Below, one piece after another: positions 45,362-55,349 of a DNA stretch of 64,000 nucleotides. The stretch is from a virus (taxonomy: Duplodnaviria; Caudoviricetes): IMG/VR virus record IMGVR_UViG_3300036820_000017, positions 1,491 to 65,490 of that record. One strand, given 5' to 3'. Both the position numbers and the translations under genes were made by a program. The notes under the pieces were generated by a model that ran no database searches, had not been told where the DNA came from, and saw only the letters and a list, made by a program, of their open reading frames with translations. The stretch's first letter is position 1. Each line of letters opens with the position of its first letter.

Positions 45362-48121
45362 GTGCCCAATCTCGAGCCCGTGGTCCTCCAGCAGGACCAG
45401 GTCAAGATCCGGCTGATCGGTCCGAAGGCGTCGGTCTGGCCGGCGCCGCCGGCGGACGTGCAGACCTTCAGCGTGCTGGGCTGCGACACGATGGTCGCGC
45501 GGCCGTTGCCCGTATCGAACGTGCCGGCGAGCCCCGACTTCGTGTCGGGCTACTGGACCGGCCGGCTCGACGATGCCGGCGAGGCGCAGCTCGTGTTCCC
45601 CAATGCGACCAGCAGCGACGGGACGCCGTGGCGACAGCGGTTCGACCCGACCGGGCACCTGCAGTGGATCGAGATCTACTTCAACGGCTACCTCGATTTC
45701 TGCGGCGTGATCGACCAGGTCACCCCTGATCAGCAGTCGGTGACCGTCCACGCCTACGACCCGTTCTGGGTGCTCAAGAAGGCCTACGTCCGCGACTGGA
45801 TTGTCACGCAGGCGCCGCGGGACGTGATCGAACGCGGGACGAAGCTGTGGGTGCCGACCGCTGTCGACAACTTCCCCGCGGGTTCGATCAGTTCGCAGTG
45901 GACGGTGTCGACCTCGGGTGGTGGCACGGCTGCGATTGGACCGAACGGCGGCTTGAACCTCGCGATCCCGGCATCAACGGGGCAGGTCATCGTCGAAAGC
46001 GCGGCCGTGGCGTGCGACTCGACTTCGGTCTGGTCGGCGAGCTGCACCCTCCAGAACGCCAACATCGGCATCAACTTCATGACCTGGATGGTCAAGGAGT
46101 CCAGCGGCCACGAGTACATGCTGCAGATGTTCAGCGGCATCATGACCTTTGATGCCAGCGGCCTGAGCTTCGTGACTCAGATGCCGTTCCCGGCGGCTCC
46201 CAGCTATGAGTTCCTGATCGAATCCGACGGCGAATGGGTATCGGGGTATGTGAACGGCCAACTGGTGGGCTGTATCCGCCGTTTGGATGCGGCGGCTACC
46301 TCACTCCAGGCTGAGATCAACTTCTTCAGCGACGGGGGTGGCGCCGCCAATCTAACCGTCACGGGCGTCCTTGCGGAGACCCTCCAGCCATTCCTGATGG
46401 TGGGCTCAGACAAGGGCGACTATGTCCTCGCAGGAGACGCCAGCACCTACCCGAGCGGCGGCCTGACCGCTCGATATTTCAACGATCTCGACCTCGTGGC
46501 CGACTCGAACGCTCTCTACAAGGTCCTATCTCCGCCGCGCACCCAGGCATATGGCGGCTCATCGCCAGCCGAGTATCAGGACCAGCAGGACGCCACGATC
46601 GCCAATCAGGACAACCCCACGCCCGGCGCGGCCACCTCCAACTGGTCGGTTAAATGGTTCGGCGCGATCTACCTCAAGCTCAGCGCCGGCAACTACAGCT
46701 TCGAGATTGAAAACCCCGCGACCTCCGGATGCGCCGTCCGCGTGTGGGTCGGCAAGACCCAGTTCGGGACGCAACTCGTGGACGAATGGACGTTCGGTAC
46801 GCAGGCGCAGATCTTTGGGTTCACGGTGAGCGCCACCACGCTGGCGGGCACCAACTCCGACGGGTCGACATCCGCGAAGGATGGCTGGTATCCGATCGTC
46901 ATCGAGTACGCGGTCGGGTCGACCGCGCTGCAGGCACCCTTGCTGGCCCTCCTCAGCAGCCCGGCGGCCTACACCGATCCCGGGGGCACCGCGATCGCCG
47001 CCGGCTCGCAGAACATCGTCGTCCCGTCAACATCGCTCTCGCCGCTCGGCTGCATCGACCAGCGCTACCAAGGCGTCGCGCACTTCGACCTCGTCCAGCA
47101 AACCCTCCAGGCCGTCAACGCGTCCAGCAGCACCCATCCCCAGCAACTCGAAGCCAGCACCATCGCGTTCCCTGGGGTGCTCGCCCCGCGGATCCGAGAG
47201 GGGCAGGACACCGACGTCGTCCTGCAACCCGACCTCGGGGCGCGCCAGGACGCCGAAGGGCTGCTCAACTACTCGTCGACCCTGGACTCCAGCGACTTCG
47301 CGACCTCGATGCAGGGCAACGGTGCCGGCACGCAGACCGGAACCACCGGACAGCTGCAGGCGATGGTCTACGACGCGCCCACGATGCAGGCAGCGCTGTT
47401 CGATGCGCAGCAATGGCAGGACTTCTCCGATGCGTCATTTGTGCAGCTTCTGCAGGCTCTGCTCAACGCGCAACTCGGCCTGTCGCTCACCCCCTGGCAG
47501 CTGTTGTCTGCCGACCCGAACGGCCGACCGCGGAAGGCGTATGCGTGGCCGATCACCGGCGCGACCCTGCAGATGCGTTGGCGTCCCGGCTTCGGCCTGC
47601 GCGTCCAGGCGCCACTGATCAACGTCTATGACACCAGTCCGCGGCAGCTACTGGTCATCACGCGGAACGTCGGCCCCTTCGGGTACGTCAGCACGCAGGG
47701 CACGTTCGCGGACCGCCCGAAGAACCCAGCGCGCACCCTCAAACGGCAGCTCTACACCGTGACGCGCCTGCAGCGCAACTATCAACGCGGGGCGCTGCGG
47801 CTCACGGGCAACAGCCAGTTCTCGTCGATCGCCGCCTCGACCCTGGACTCCGGGCTCACGATCGTCCCGCTCTCCCCAGGCGACAAGATCATCGGAGCCA
47901 CCCTCTATATCGCCGTCAACACCGGCAACGTCCACGTCTATATCAACGGCAGCGATGAGACGACTGCGCTCAACGGCCCATGGACCGGAGAGCCCGTTGT
48001 GATTCCAATCGGCCCTGTAGCAGTCCCGGGTGTCGGCAACACCCTCTTCGCCCAGCTTTACAACGCCAGCGGCTCTGCGATCACCGTCCGCTACCAACTC
48101 GTCGCTGACGTTCTCCGCTAG
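45362..48121 (+). CDS. minor tail/host-recognition protein with PA14-like domain
   Basis: GLTARYFND...NWSVKWFG...VRVWV...WYPIVIEY. Confidence 0.75.
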   Translation: MPNLEPVVLQQDQVKIRLIGPKASVWPAPPADVQTFSVLGCDTMVARPLPVSNVPASPDFVSGYWTGRLDDAGEAQLVFPNATSSDGTPWRQRFDPTGHLQWIEIYFNGYLDFCGVIDQVTPDQQSVTVHAYDPFWVLKKAYVRDWIVTQAPRDVIERGTKLWVPTAVDNFPAGSISSQWTVSTSGGGTAAIGPNGGLNLAIPASTGQVIVESAAVACDSTSVWSASCTLQNANIGINFMTWMVKESSGHEYMLQMFSGIMTFDASGLSFVTQMPFPAAPSYEFLIESDGEWVSGYVNGQLVGCIRRLDAAATSLQAEINFFSDGGGAANLTVTGVLAETLQPFLMVGSDKGDYVLAGDASTYPSGGLTARYFNDLDLVADSNALYKVLSPPRTQAYGGSSPAEYQDQQDATIANQDNPTPGAATSNWSVKWFGAIYLKLSAGNYSFEIENPATSGCAVRVWVGKTQFGTQLVDEWTFGTQAQIFGFTVSATTLAGTNSDGSTSAKDGWYPIVIEYAVGSTALQAPLLALLSSPAAYTDPGGTAIAAGSQNIVVPSTSLSPLGCIDQRYQGVAHFDLVQQTLQAVNASSSTHPQQLEASTIAFPGVLAPRIREGQDTDVVLQPDLGARQDAEGLLNYSSTLDSSDFATSMQGNGAGTQTGTTGQLQAMVYDAPTMQAALFDAQQWQDFSDASFVQLLQALLNAQLGLSLTPWQLLSADPNGRPRKAYAWPITGATLQMRWRPGFGLRVQAPLINVYDTSPRQLLVITRNVGPFGYVSTQGTFADRPKNPARTLKRQLYTVTRLQRNYQRGALRLTGNSQFSSIAASTLDSGLTIVPLSPGDKIIGATLYIAVNTGNVHVYINGSDETTALNGPWTGEPVVIPIGPVAVPGVGNTLFAQLYNASGSAITVRYQLVADVLR

Positions 48122-48170
48122 CTCCCTGACCGTTCTGCGGTCCTAGCCCGAACCCCGGACCGGAGGTCCC

Positions 48171-49256
48171 ATGCATCCCAAGCGCCTTCTCGGCGTCGCT
48201 GCCGCCTGCGCGCTCGCGCTCGCCGCGACCGCCAGCGCCGCCACGCCCCCATCGTGCACCCCCGGCAACTACTACATGCAGTGCGCCGCCAACGCGCCCG
48301 GCCAGACCCCCCCGACACAGCTTGGCGCAACCGCCGGAACGTTCGGCGTTGACAGCTACGGCGCCGCGAACCCAGGGATCGCCGCGACCTTCGACTGCAC
48401 GTACCTATCCGGCTCGCCCGGAGGTAAGGACTGGACCGCCAGCGGACGTGCCGCCTGGGTCGCGCGCGGAAAGAAAACCTGCGTCGTCTGGGAGACCTAC
48501 GCCAACCGGGCCGAGTTCGGGTACGGCGCCGGCCAAGACGACGCGCGCGCCGCGCGCGCCGAAGCGGCCGCTGTCGGCTTCCCGACCTACGTCCCGATCC
48601 GCTTCGCCGTCGACACCGACACGTCAGCCGCGAACGTCGCCGCGTACTTCGAGGGTGTCAAGTCGATCCTCGGCGACCGGACCGGCGCGTACGGCTCCTA
48701 CACCATCGTGACCGGCCTCGAGGCACGCGGGATCACGACGCCACGAAACGACTGGCAAACCATCGCGTGGTCGTACGGGAACCGCAGCCGGGCGTGCCTG
48801 TACCAGTCGTCGATCAACGACACGCTCGACGGCGAGAGCGTCGACTACGACACCGCGTCGTGCGCCGACTTCGGCCAGGACCCCTACGCGCAGACCCCCA
48901 AGACGGTCTGCTTCGGCAAGCACGCTCAGGGGTCGAAGGCGTGCCAGGCAATCCATGCCGACGTGCGGAAGTGGCAGGCCGCGGTCAAGTCCAGCAACGG
49001 CGCCTATGACGCCCGCGGGTGCGTGGCGCTGACCAAGACCCGCAACACGCTCAACGCGCGATGGGACTGGTTCTGGACCCAGCTGCGAGAGCACCCGAAG
49101 GTCAAGACCGCGTATCGCAAGGCCGCGCTCGCGTCGACCGGCCGGGCGGTCAACAGCGTCCGGCGTGTCATCACCGGCCGCGCGTGCCTCACGTTCTCCG
49201 GCCGCGTCTCCTATTTCACGGCCCTCATCCAAGCCACGGAGCGCAAGTACACATGA
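48171..49256 (+). CDS. endolysin-like glycoside hydrolase (DUF1906/GH25-like) with signal peptide
   Basis: GVDS, VVWET, IRFAVDTD, TGAYG, WQTIAWS, VDYD. Confidence 0.8.
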   Translation: MHPKRLLGVAAACALALAATASAATPPSCTPGNYYMQCAANAPGQTPPTQLGATAGTFGVDSYGAANPGIAATFDCTYLSGSPGGKDWTASGRAAWVARGKKTCVVWETYANRAEFGYGAGQDDARAARAEAAAVGFPTYVPIRFAVDTDTSAANVAAYFEGVKSILGDRTGAYGSYTIVTGLEARGITTPRNDWQTIAWSYGNRSRACLYQSSINDTLDGESVDYDTASCADFGQDPYAQTPKTVCFGKHAQGSKACQAIHADVRKWQAAVKSSNGAYDARGCVALTKTRNTLNARWDWFWTQLREHPKVKTAYRKAALASTGRAVNSVRRVITGRACLTFSGRVSYFTALIQATERKYT

Positions 49257-49768
49257 CTCTCACCACACCGCAACGCGACGCGATCGTCCAGGTCGCCGAC
49301 CTGTTCATCGCCAACGCCAGCCCGATCACCTACCCGGCGCCCGACCAGGTGATCCGCCCGCACGTCTACCGGACGGTCGACTGGCTGCAGGGCTACTGGA
49401 AGACCGGACATCACAGCGTGTGGGACTGCTCGATCGCGGTCCAGCAGGTCCTGTACTGCGCGGGGAACAACGGGCAGACGATCGCTGACCCGTCCGGCTT
49501 TGAGTACGAGGGGTGGGGCGACACGCAGTCGTGGCAGGACGCGCTGCCGCACTACACCAGCCCGGTCGATGCGCACGCGGGCGCGCTGGTGGTGTTCAAC
49601 GCCGGCGGCCCGGTCGAGGAGCAGCACGGCTGCATCGTGATCACGCCCGGCTCTGATCCGGTCCTGTTCTCGCACGGCAGCGCTGCGGGGCCGCTGCGGA
49701 TCAGCTTGTCAGAGGAGCAGACGGCGCACACCGGAAGCACCGTGTTCCTGGACGTCAGTTCGCTCTGA
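49253..49768 (+). CDS. NlpC/P60-like peptidase
   Basis: WDCS...GALVVF...H...SHGS. Confidence 0.7.
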   Translation: MTLTTPQRDAIVQVADLFIANASPITYPAPDQVIRPHVYRTVDWLQGYWKTGHHSVWDCSIAVQQVLYCAGNNGQTIADPSGFEYEGWGDTQSWQDALPHYTSPVDAHAGALVVFNAGGPVEEQHGCIVITPGSDPVLFSHGSAAGPLRISLSEEQTAHTGSTVFLDVSSL

Positions 49769-49995
49769 TGACGCACCGGTACATCCGGGCGATGCTCCGC
49801 TCCGCGACCGCGGAGAAGTACCTGCACGGCTGGCAGGGCCCGCACGCGCCGTATCGCAGCTACACGATGACCCCGCAAGCAGCGCCGTGCGTCGAAACGT
49901 CGCTCGCCGAAACCGTCGGGTACGTCCACGCGCTCGAGAGCGCTGGCGTGCAGCCGCTGTACCGCGACAGCGAACCCATCGGGATCTACGAATGA
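49768..49995 (+). CDS. hypothetical protein
   Basis: coupled ORF. Confidence 0.5.
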   Translation: MTHRYIRAMLRSATAEKYLHGWQGPHAPYRSYTMTPQAAPCVETSLAETVGYVHALESAGVQPLYRDSEPIGIYE

Positions 49996-50177
49996 GCCCG
50001 GACATCGCCGCTGAGATCGAAGCGTACGCCGCGAAGCTCAACGGCCGCCCGCGCGCCGCCGACCAACTCCGCCACGAAGAACTCGAGCTCTACGACGCCG
50101 ACCTCGCGAAGGCCCGCGCCCGGATGGAGCAGGCGTACCTGGAGAACCAACCCACCCGAGAGGACCGCACCGCATGA
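49992..50177 (+). CDS. hypothetical protein
   Basis: coupled ORF. Confidence 0.5.
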   Translation: MSPDIAAEIEAYAAKLNGRPRAADQLRHEELELYDADLAKARARMEQAYLENQPTREDRTA

Positions 50178-50968
50178 CGCTCTACACCGGCAAGCTGCCC
50201 GCCACCCCCGACAGCCGCGACCTGATGTTCGACCAGTACATCGACGCGAGCGTCATCAACCTCAACGAGGCGCCGCCCGTCAAGACGCCCGGGCACGCCT
50301 CCAAGATGCCCGCGCCGCGGCTGATGCTCGGCAACGGGCCCGACAACAGCGTCCGGCCCGGCTTCCAGGGCGCCGGCAACTGCGTGTTCGCCGGGCTGAC
50401 GAACTATCAGCGGCTCGCATGGGCGATCAGCGGGAAGGGCCTGTTCCCCGCGACCGGCCTGACCGCGATCCAGAACTACAGCGAGGTCACCGGCTACGTC
50501 ATCGGCGACCCGTCCACCGACCAGGGCACCAACATGCGGACCGCGATGAACTGGATGGTCAAGACGGGCTACAAGGACGCGAAGGGCGCGCGCCACCGGT
50601 TCGGCGCGTACGCCGCGGTCCAGTTCTCCAACGTCAACCACCTGCTGTGGGCGCTGTATCTCAGCGACGAGGGGATCCTCACCGGCATCCGGTTCGGGAA
50701 CGGGAACATGGTCCAGTTCGACGAGAACAAGCCGTGGGCGCCCGTCGCCGACGCGGACGACGGCCACTGCATCCTGCTCGACTACTGGATCCGGGCGGAG
50801 TCATGGGCGCGCGACGAGCCGTGCACCGAGCCGTTCGTGCTCGGCCCCCGCTCCCAAGTCGACGAGGCCTTCTTCTCTATTGATGAAGAAGGACTTGTCA
50901 ATGGCAAATCGGTTGAAGGCTTCGATTCCCAACAGCTCCTGTCTGATGCCAAGGCTCTCGCGGCGTAA
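50174..50968 (+). CDS. papain-like cysteine peptidase
   Basis: GNCVFA, DQGT.M, GHCI, ESW. Confidence 0.7.
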   Translation: MTLYTGKLPATPDSRDLMFDQYIDASVINLNEAPPVKTPGHASKMPAPRLMLGNGPDNSVRPGFQGAGNCVFAGLTNYQRLAWAISGKGLFPATGLTAIQNYSEVTGYVIGDPSTDQGTNMRTAMNWMVKTGYKDAKGARHRFGAYAAVQFSNVNHLLWALYLSDEGILTGIRFGNGNMVQFDENKPWAPVADADDGHCILLDYWIRAESWARDEPCTEPFVLGPRSQVDEAFFSIDEEGLVNGKSVEGFDSQQLLSDAKALAA

Positions 50969-51041
50969 ACTGTGGGGAAACGCAAAAGCGGGCCGGCGAC
51001 GCTGTGAACGTCCCGGCCCTGGACACCCGGAGGTAGCCCGG

Positions 51042-51581
51042 ATGCCGAGCAGCACGATACCCGTGGGGTTCTGTCAGTGTGGATGCGGCGGCCGTACGCC
51101 GATCGCCAAGAAGAACGACGCCTCGAAGGGCTATGTGCGTGGCCAGCCCGTTCGGTTCCTGCCACAGCACGGTGCGAGGGTGCCGAAGCCGCTTGTGCAG
51201 CGGCTCGAAGCACACGTCAATCGCACCGACGATGGCTGCTGGATCTGGACCGGTTCGATCCGTCCCAACGGATATGGGCAGATCGCGGTGGATGTGGATG
51301 GGCGCCGACTTCCGCGTCAGGTGCATCGCGTCGCATACGAACTATTCGTCGGGCCGATCCCGGATGGTCTTGACCTAGATCATCTCTGCCGCAACCGCGC
51401 CTGCTTCAACCCGGCGCATCTCGAGCCGGTAACCCGGCGTGAGAACGCCCGTCGCGGCATCAAGGGGATCTTGACGACGCATTGTCCCAAGGGGCATCCA
51501 TACGACGAGGCGAACACGTACGTCAGGCCCAATGGTCACCGGGGTTGTCGCGCATGTCGTGCGCAGAAGGGACCCAGCTGA
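51042..51581 (+). CDS. HNH homing endonuclease
   Basis: CQCGCG N-terminus; LDHLCRNRACFNPAHLEPVT. Confidence 0.9.
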   Translation: MPSSTIPVGFCQCGCGGRTPIAKKNDASKGYVRGQPVRFLPQHGARVPKPLVQRLEAHVNRTDDGCWIWTGSIRPNGYGQIAVDVDGRRLPRQVHRVAYELFVGPIPDGLDLDHLCRNRACFNPAHLEPVTRRENARRGIKGILTTHCPKGHPYDEANTYVRPNGHRGCRACRAQKGPS

Positions 51582-51583
51582 CC

Positions 51584-51805
51584 ATGGCTGACCAGGAACT
51601 TCGCGCAGAGCTTCACGACTGCCAGCGCCGCCTCGGTGCCGTCGAGCATGACGTGACCGTGCTGCAAACCCAGGCGTCCGATCAGGCTGGCGCGCAGGCC
51701 GCGTCGACCAGCGGCCGGGACTTCTGGATCACGACGGCGCTCGCGGTCGTGTCGACCGTCGCGTTCGTGCTCGCGCTGCTGCCCGCCTTCGGCATCCGGC
51801 TCTAA
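51584..51805 (+). CDS. coiled-coil plus TM lysis accessory protein
   Basis: RRLGAVEH; C-terminal TM. Confidence 0.6.
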   Translation: MADQELRAELHDCQRRLGAVEHDVTVLQTQASDQAGAQAASTSGRDFWITTALAVVSTVAFVLALLPAFGIRL

Positions 51806-51855
51806 CCCTCAACTCTCAACCCGTCTGACCCTCTACCTGAGAAGGAGACTTACCC

Positions 51856-52242
51856 ATGGTTTTCACCAACAAGCTCGCTGTCCTGCTCGGCGTCGCCCTC
51901 GCGGTCGTCGCAGCCATCATCTCGTTCCTGGACCTCTCCGGCGTCTGGACCGCCGGCCTGCAGGGAGCCGTCATCATCCTCGGCGCGTTCGGCGTGCAGA
52001 TGCTGTCGCCGTCGCAGATCGCCGCGAAGATCCCCGCGCACGTCGCCGCGATCGTGTCCGCCGTCCTGACCGCCGCCAACCTGTTCCTGCAGGCCGACGT
52101 TTCGATGCCGACGCTCGCTCACGCGCTGATCGGTGCCGCGTTCGCGATCGCTGCCGCGCTCGGGATCACCGTCACCGGCATCGCGATGTCTAACGCCGTG
52201 AAGGCGCTGCAGCCCGCGAAGACCGCCCGGAAGCGCTCGTGA
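51856..52242 (+). CDS. holin
   Basis: four TM segments, basic C-terminus, SD AAGGAG. Confidence 0.75.
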   Translation: MVFTNKLAVLLGVALAVVAAIISFLDLSGVWTAGLQGAVIILGAFGVQMLSPSQIAAKIPAHVAAIVSAVLTAANLFLQADVSMPTLAHALIGAAFAIAAALGITVTGIAMSNAVKALQPAKTARKRS

Positions 52243-53243
52243 CCGACGACCTGATCCTCGACCGGATCGCCGCGCAGCCTGAGTCCGTCGAGCTGGGGAG
52301 CATTCCCTGGCCCGACGGGCTCAAGCCCGTCCCGTCGCGGCCGCCGAAGACGATCAGCGGGGCGCTGCCGTCGGTCGATGTGGTGGTGCTGACGTACACG
52401 CAGGCGGAGCGCGAGGCCGCGGCGGACGTGCTCACCCCGGGCGTGCATCACACCGACTGGGCGGACTACACGCACAAGTGGGCTAGCTATGAGAGTCAGC
52501 TGACCGGCCGGTCCCCAGCACGCGATGAGCGGTGCATGGCGAGCGTGTGCGTCACCCAGATCGGCTCCCAGTCGGTGCTTGTCGCCGGCTCGAACCTGCA
52601 TCTCAGCACGGATGGGCCGTCGATGCCGGTGCGGCAGCTCGTGGAGCAGATCGCGCAGGAGACGGGCTGCCGTCTGTTCATTACGACCGGGACCGCTGGC
52701 GGTGTCGGCGCTGGCGAGGTGCTCGGCGATGTGATCGTCGGGGAGGCCGTGAAGTTCAACCTGGCGAAGAGCCAGTGGGCGAACGAGCCGTACGCGCAGG
52801 AACGGTTCCCGTCGACCGGGCAGCTCGGCTATGAGCAGCGCGGCGAGCTCGATATCACGTTCGAGACGCTGATCCCCGCGGCGATCGGCGATCACCTGAA
52901 GTCGTCGGGGTATGCGCCGCGGGCGCCGCAGCTGGTGCTCGGGAAGGACATCGAGACGGTCGGGTATTTCGCTTTTGCGGACACGGCCGACAGCTATGGG
53001 GTCGTGAAGAACGACCCGAATGTCGGCGTCGAGGAGATGGACGACGCCGCGGTCGCGATGGCGCTCCGCGATCTTTACCAGGCTCCGGCGTGGCTGGCGG
53101 TGAGGAACGCGTCGGACCCGCAGATGGGTTCCGGCCCGCTGGCCAAGCAGAAGGCCCAGGCCGAGCGGCTCTACGAGCGGTTCGGCTACTACACGACGGT
53201 CTGCTCAGCGCTGGCGTGCTGGGCGATCATCGCCGGCAACTGA
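52239..53243 (+). CDS. nucleoside phosphorylase/MTAN-fold protein
   Basis: TGTAGGV...LGDVIV; EEMD; VRNASD. Confidence 0.75.
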   Translation: MTDDLILDRIAAQPESVELGSIPWPDGLKPVPSRPPKTISGALPSVDVVVLTYTQAEREAAADVLTPGVHHTDWADYTHKWASYESQLTGRSPARDERCMASVCVTQIGSQSVLVAGSNLHLSTDGPSMPVRQLVEQIAQETGCRLFITTGTAGGVGAGEVLGDVIVGEAVKFNLAKSQWANEPYAQERFPSTGQLGYEQRGELDITFETLIPAAIGDHLKSSGYAPRAPQLVLGKDIETVGYFAFADTADSYGVVKNDPNVGVEEMDDAAVAMALRDLYQAPAWLAVRNASDPQMGSGPLAKQKAQAERLYERFGYYTTVCSALACWAIIAGN

Positions 53244-53358
53244 CCTTCCCGCCCAGTGCGGGAACCGCGGGCGCTGGAAGTCGAGGGCCAGCGCCCGCAA
53301 TCCTTTCTGTCGGCCGGGCGCGGTAGCGTCCCTGACGGTCGAACTCATGCGCAAGTCA

Positions 53359-53392
53359 GGGCCGTCCGGCATCGTGCCGGGCGGCCCTTTTT
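53359..53392 (+). terminator. intrinsic terminator ending the late operon
   Basis: GGGCCGTCCGGCA-TCG-TGCCGGGCGGCCC-TTTTT. Confidence 0.85.
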
Positions 53393-53407
53393 GCTGTCTT
53401 GGGACGG

Positions 53408-53884
53408 TCAGGCCGACGAGATCAACCAACGCGACTTCTGCTCGCTCAGCGTCATGACCTCGGGGCTTGCATTGAACGCGACCGTCGCCTGTCTTCCGAT
53501 GACGACCACCTTCGAGATCGTCAGACTCGTGAACTTCGACAGTGCTCCCTTGATCTGCTGGTAGGTGGCGCAGGCTTGGCCAGCCTGGCTGTTCCCGGCG
53601 CCCTGGCATTCGGTAGCGGTCGGACCGCCGGTCAGCGCCGTGCACGTGCTTCCGAGCTTGCCGGTTGTCAGCTGGCAGGCTTGGCGAATCTGGTTCTGCC
53701 CGAGTTCGACGGTGAAGTCGTTCACGACGGTGCGCACTTGCTGGCTGGGGTTTGGCTTGGAGTTCGAGCTCGACCCGCCGCAGCCGGCGACGCCGAGCGC
53801 GACCAGCACGACGGCGATCGGGACGCCTCTCGTGCCCCGTCTGGACGCTGACTGGACGATTGCTGCAGGACTAGGGACGTTCAA
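53408..53884 (-). CDS. lipoprotein (possible superinfection exclusion)
   Basis: lipobox VAGC; downstream of the repressor; start uncertain. Confidence 0.7.
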   Translation of the reverse strand: MNVPSPAAIVQSASRRGTRGVPIAVVLVALGVAGCGGSSSNSKPNPSQQVRTVVNDFTVELGQNQIRQACQLTTGKLGSTCTALTGGPTATECQGAGNSQAGQACATYQQIKGALSKFTSLTISKVVVIGRQATVAFNASPEVMTLSEQKSRWLISSA

Positions 53885-54104
53885 GTGACCCGAATCCCGT
53901 GCATAAGCTCCCGGTCCGATTTCCGGTGTCTTATGTCTCGTTGGGGGCGCCTACTCGGGGGTATCCTGCCCGAAAGGCGGGTGCAGAGGGACAGCCCGTA
54001 GAGCCATTGGGGCGTAGGAGAGTGACGGCGCATGGGCGTTGATCTTGAAGTGCTGCCTGGACATAGAGACCGAGAAACCGTGGAGGCCGAACTGGAAGGG
54101 CTGC

Positions 54105-54518
54105 TCATGGAGTTCGCCGCCTTTTTGCCGGTCGACGAGCCGCTGTACCAGCCGGTTGTTGGACTCGCGGCGGCGCTTGACCTCCGGCTGTCGCGAGCAG
54201 CGCTTCGAGCCTTCGTCCCAGTATCTCTCGGTCCGTTGCTGCTGCCCTGACGGCGGTCTCGAGCGCCGCGACCCGGGTCTCGAAGGTCGCCGCGGTGAAA
54301 AAGCCGTTGAGGGCGAAATCCGGTGGCACGCCCGAGGCGTCGGCGAGCGCAAGCAGTTCATCCAGCGTTGCTTCGTCAGGGTTGCTGCGGGCCAGGATCG
54401 CACGCAGCCGGGTGTAGCTGACGCCGGAATCGGTGGCCAGCGTCTCCTGGTCCTTGAGTGTGTAGCCCCATATCGCGCGTGCGATCCGCGCTCTTTCTAG
54501 GGCTCCGTTGATCGCCAT
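54105..54518 (-). CDS. immunity repressor (XRE HTH)
   Basis: QETLATDSGVSYTRL; leaderless TATCGT-7 nt-ATG; divergent from cro. Confidence 0.8.
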   Translation of the reverse strand: MAINGALERARIARAIWGYTLKDQETLATDSGVSYTRLRAILARSNPDEATLDELLALADASGVPPDFALNGFFTAATFETRVAALETAVRAAATDREILGRRLEALLATAGGQAPPRVQQPAGTAARRPAKRRRTP

Positions 54519-54561
54519 GGCGGCGACGATACGCGCGTTTTTGCGCCCTGAGAAGCAAAAC

Positions 54562-54591
54562 TTGACACGCCCAGCGCATTTGCGCTACTGT
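54562..54591 (+). promoter_or_regulatory. early lytic promoter (leaderless)
   Basis: TTGACA-18-TACTGT-7-ATG; GCGCATTTGCGC palindrome in the spacer. Confidence 0.8.
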
Positions 54592-54598
54592 CCGCAAT

Positions 54599-54844
54599 AT
54601 GTCGTTGACAGACGCAAATACACGGGAGGCGCAACGGTCGCCTCTCACCCCCCCCGAGATCAAGGCCGAGCGGCTGAACCGCGGCTACAGCCTCCGGGAC
54701 CTCGCCCAGGAGATCCACGTCCCCGAAAAGTCGATCCGTCGACTTGAGAACGGACTGGGCGTCAACCCGTCGAACGCGAAGAAGATCGCCGACTTCTACG
54801 GCGTCAAGGTCACCGACCTCATGCCAGTCGAGGCGGCCGCGTAA
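54599..54844 (+). CDS. Cro-like HTH regulator
   Basis: RGYSLRDLAQEI...IRRLENG...KIADFYG. Confidence 0.85.
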   Translation: MSLTDANTREAQRSPLTPPEIKAERLNRGYSLRDLAQEIHVPEKSIRRLENGLGVNPSNAKKIADFYGVKVTDLMPVEAAA

Positions 54845-55056
54845 TGCCCGCCGCCCGCAAGCCGCAGCTGCGTCACGTCCCGGTTCGGCTGCGCGTCAGC
54901 GTGGACCCGGACCAGTGGCGCGCGAGCTACGGCCGCGGCGATGAGATGCTCGCGGAGGTCGACGAAGACGTCCGCGTCTATGTGCTCGGGCAGGTGCAGG
55001 AGAGCGCGGCCTTTCATGAGGGCGCGATCGTCTCCGCGCGAAGGGACGGGACATGA
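54844..55056 (+). CDS. hypothetical protein
   Basis: coupled ORF. Confidence 0.6.
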   Translation: MPAARKPQLRHVPVRLRVSVDPDQWRASYGRGDEMLAEVDEDVRVYVLGQVQESAAFHEGAIVSARRDGT

Positions 55057-55349
55057 GCCCGACGACGGAACTCATCCGGCGGCAGCTTCCGAGCCTGCTG
55101 CGCAAGGGCATGTATGACGACGCGCGGCTTGCGGGGATGATCGTCCTGGCTGAGCCTGAGCGCATCGGCGACGAGGCCGTCGGCGACTTCCTCATGCGGA
55201 CGATCGTCGAGATCGACCGCGACACCGTGGCCGGGTGGCTCGCGGTGGCGGCCATCAACCCGTGGCGGCGAGGCCGGAATCTAACCGGCGATCAGCGCGA
55301 TCGGCTCGGGCGCGAGTTGATCGCGTTCTGGAAGGCCGGCCAGTCGTGA
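55053..55349 (+). CDS. divergent mIHF-like (H2TH) protein
   Basis: PE...VGDFL...I...TV...L..AAINP.RRGRNLTGDQRDRL resembles the mIHF C-terminal half. Confidence 0.5.
   Translation: MSPTTELIRRQLPSLLRKGMYDDARLAGMIVLAEPERIGDEAVGDFLMRTIVEIDRDTVAGWLAVAAINPWRRGRNLTGDQRDRLGRELIAFWKAGQS

Noticed and set aside
53245-53360. Riboswitch in the hairpins before the late terminator
   Set aside because: Several stems but no recognisable aptamer and no downstream plus-strand gene
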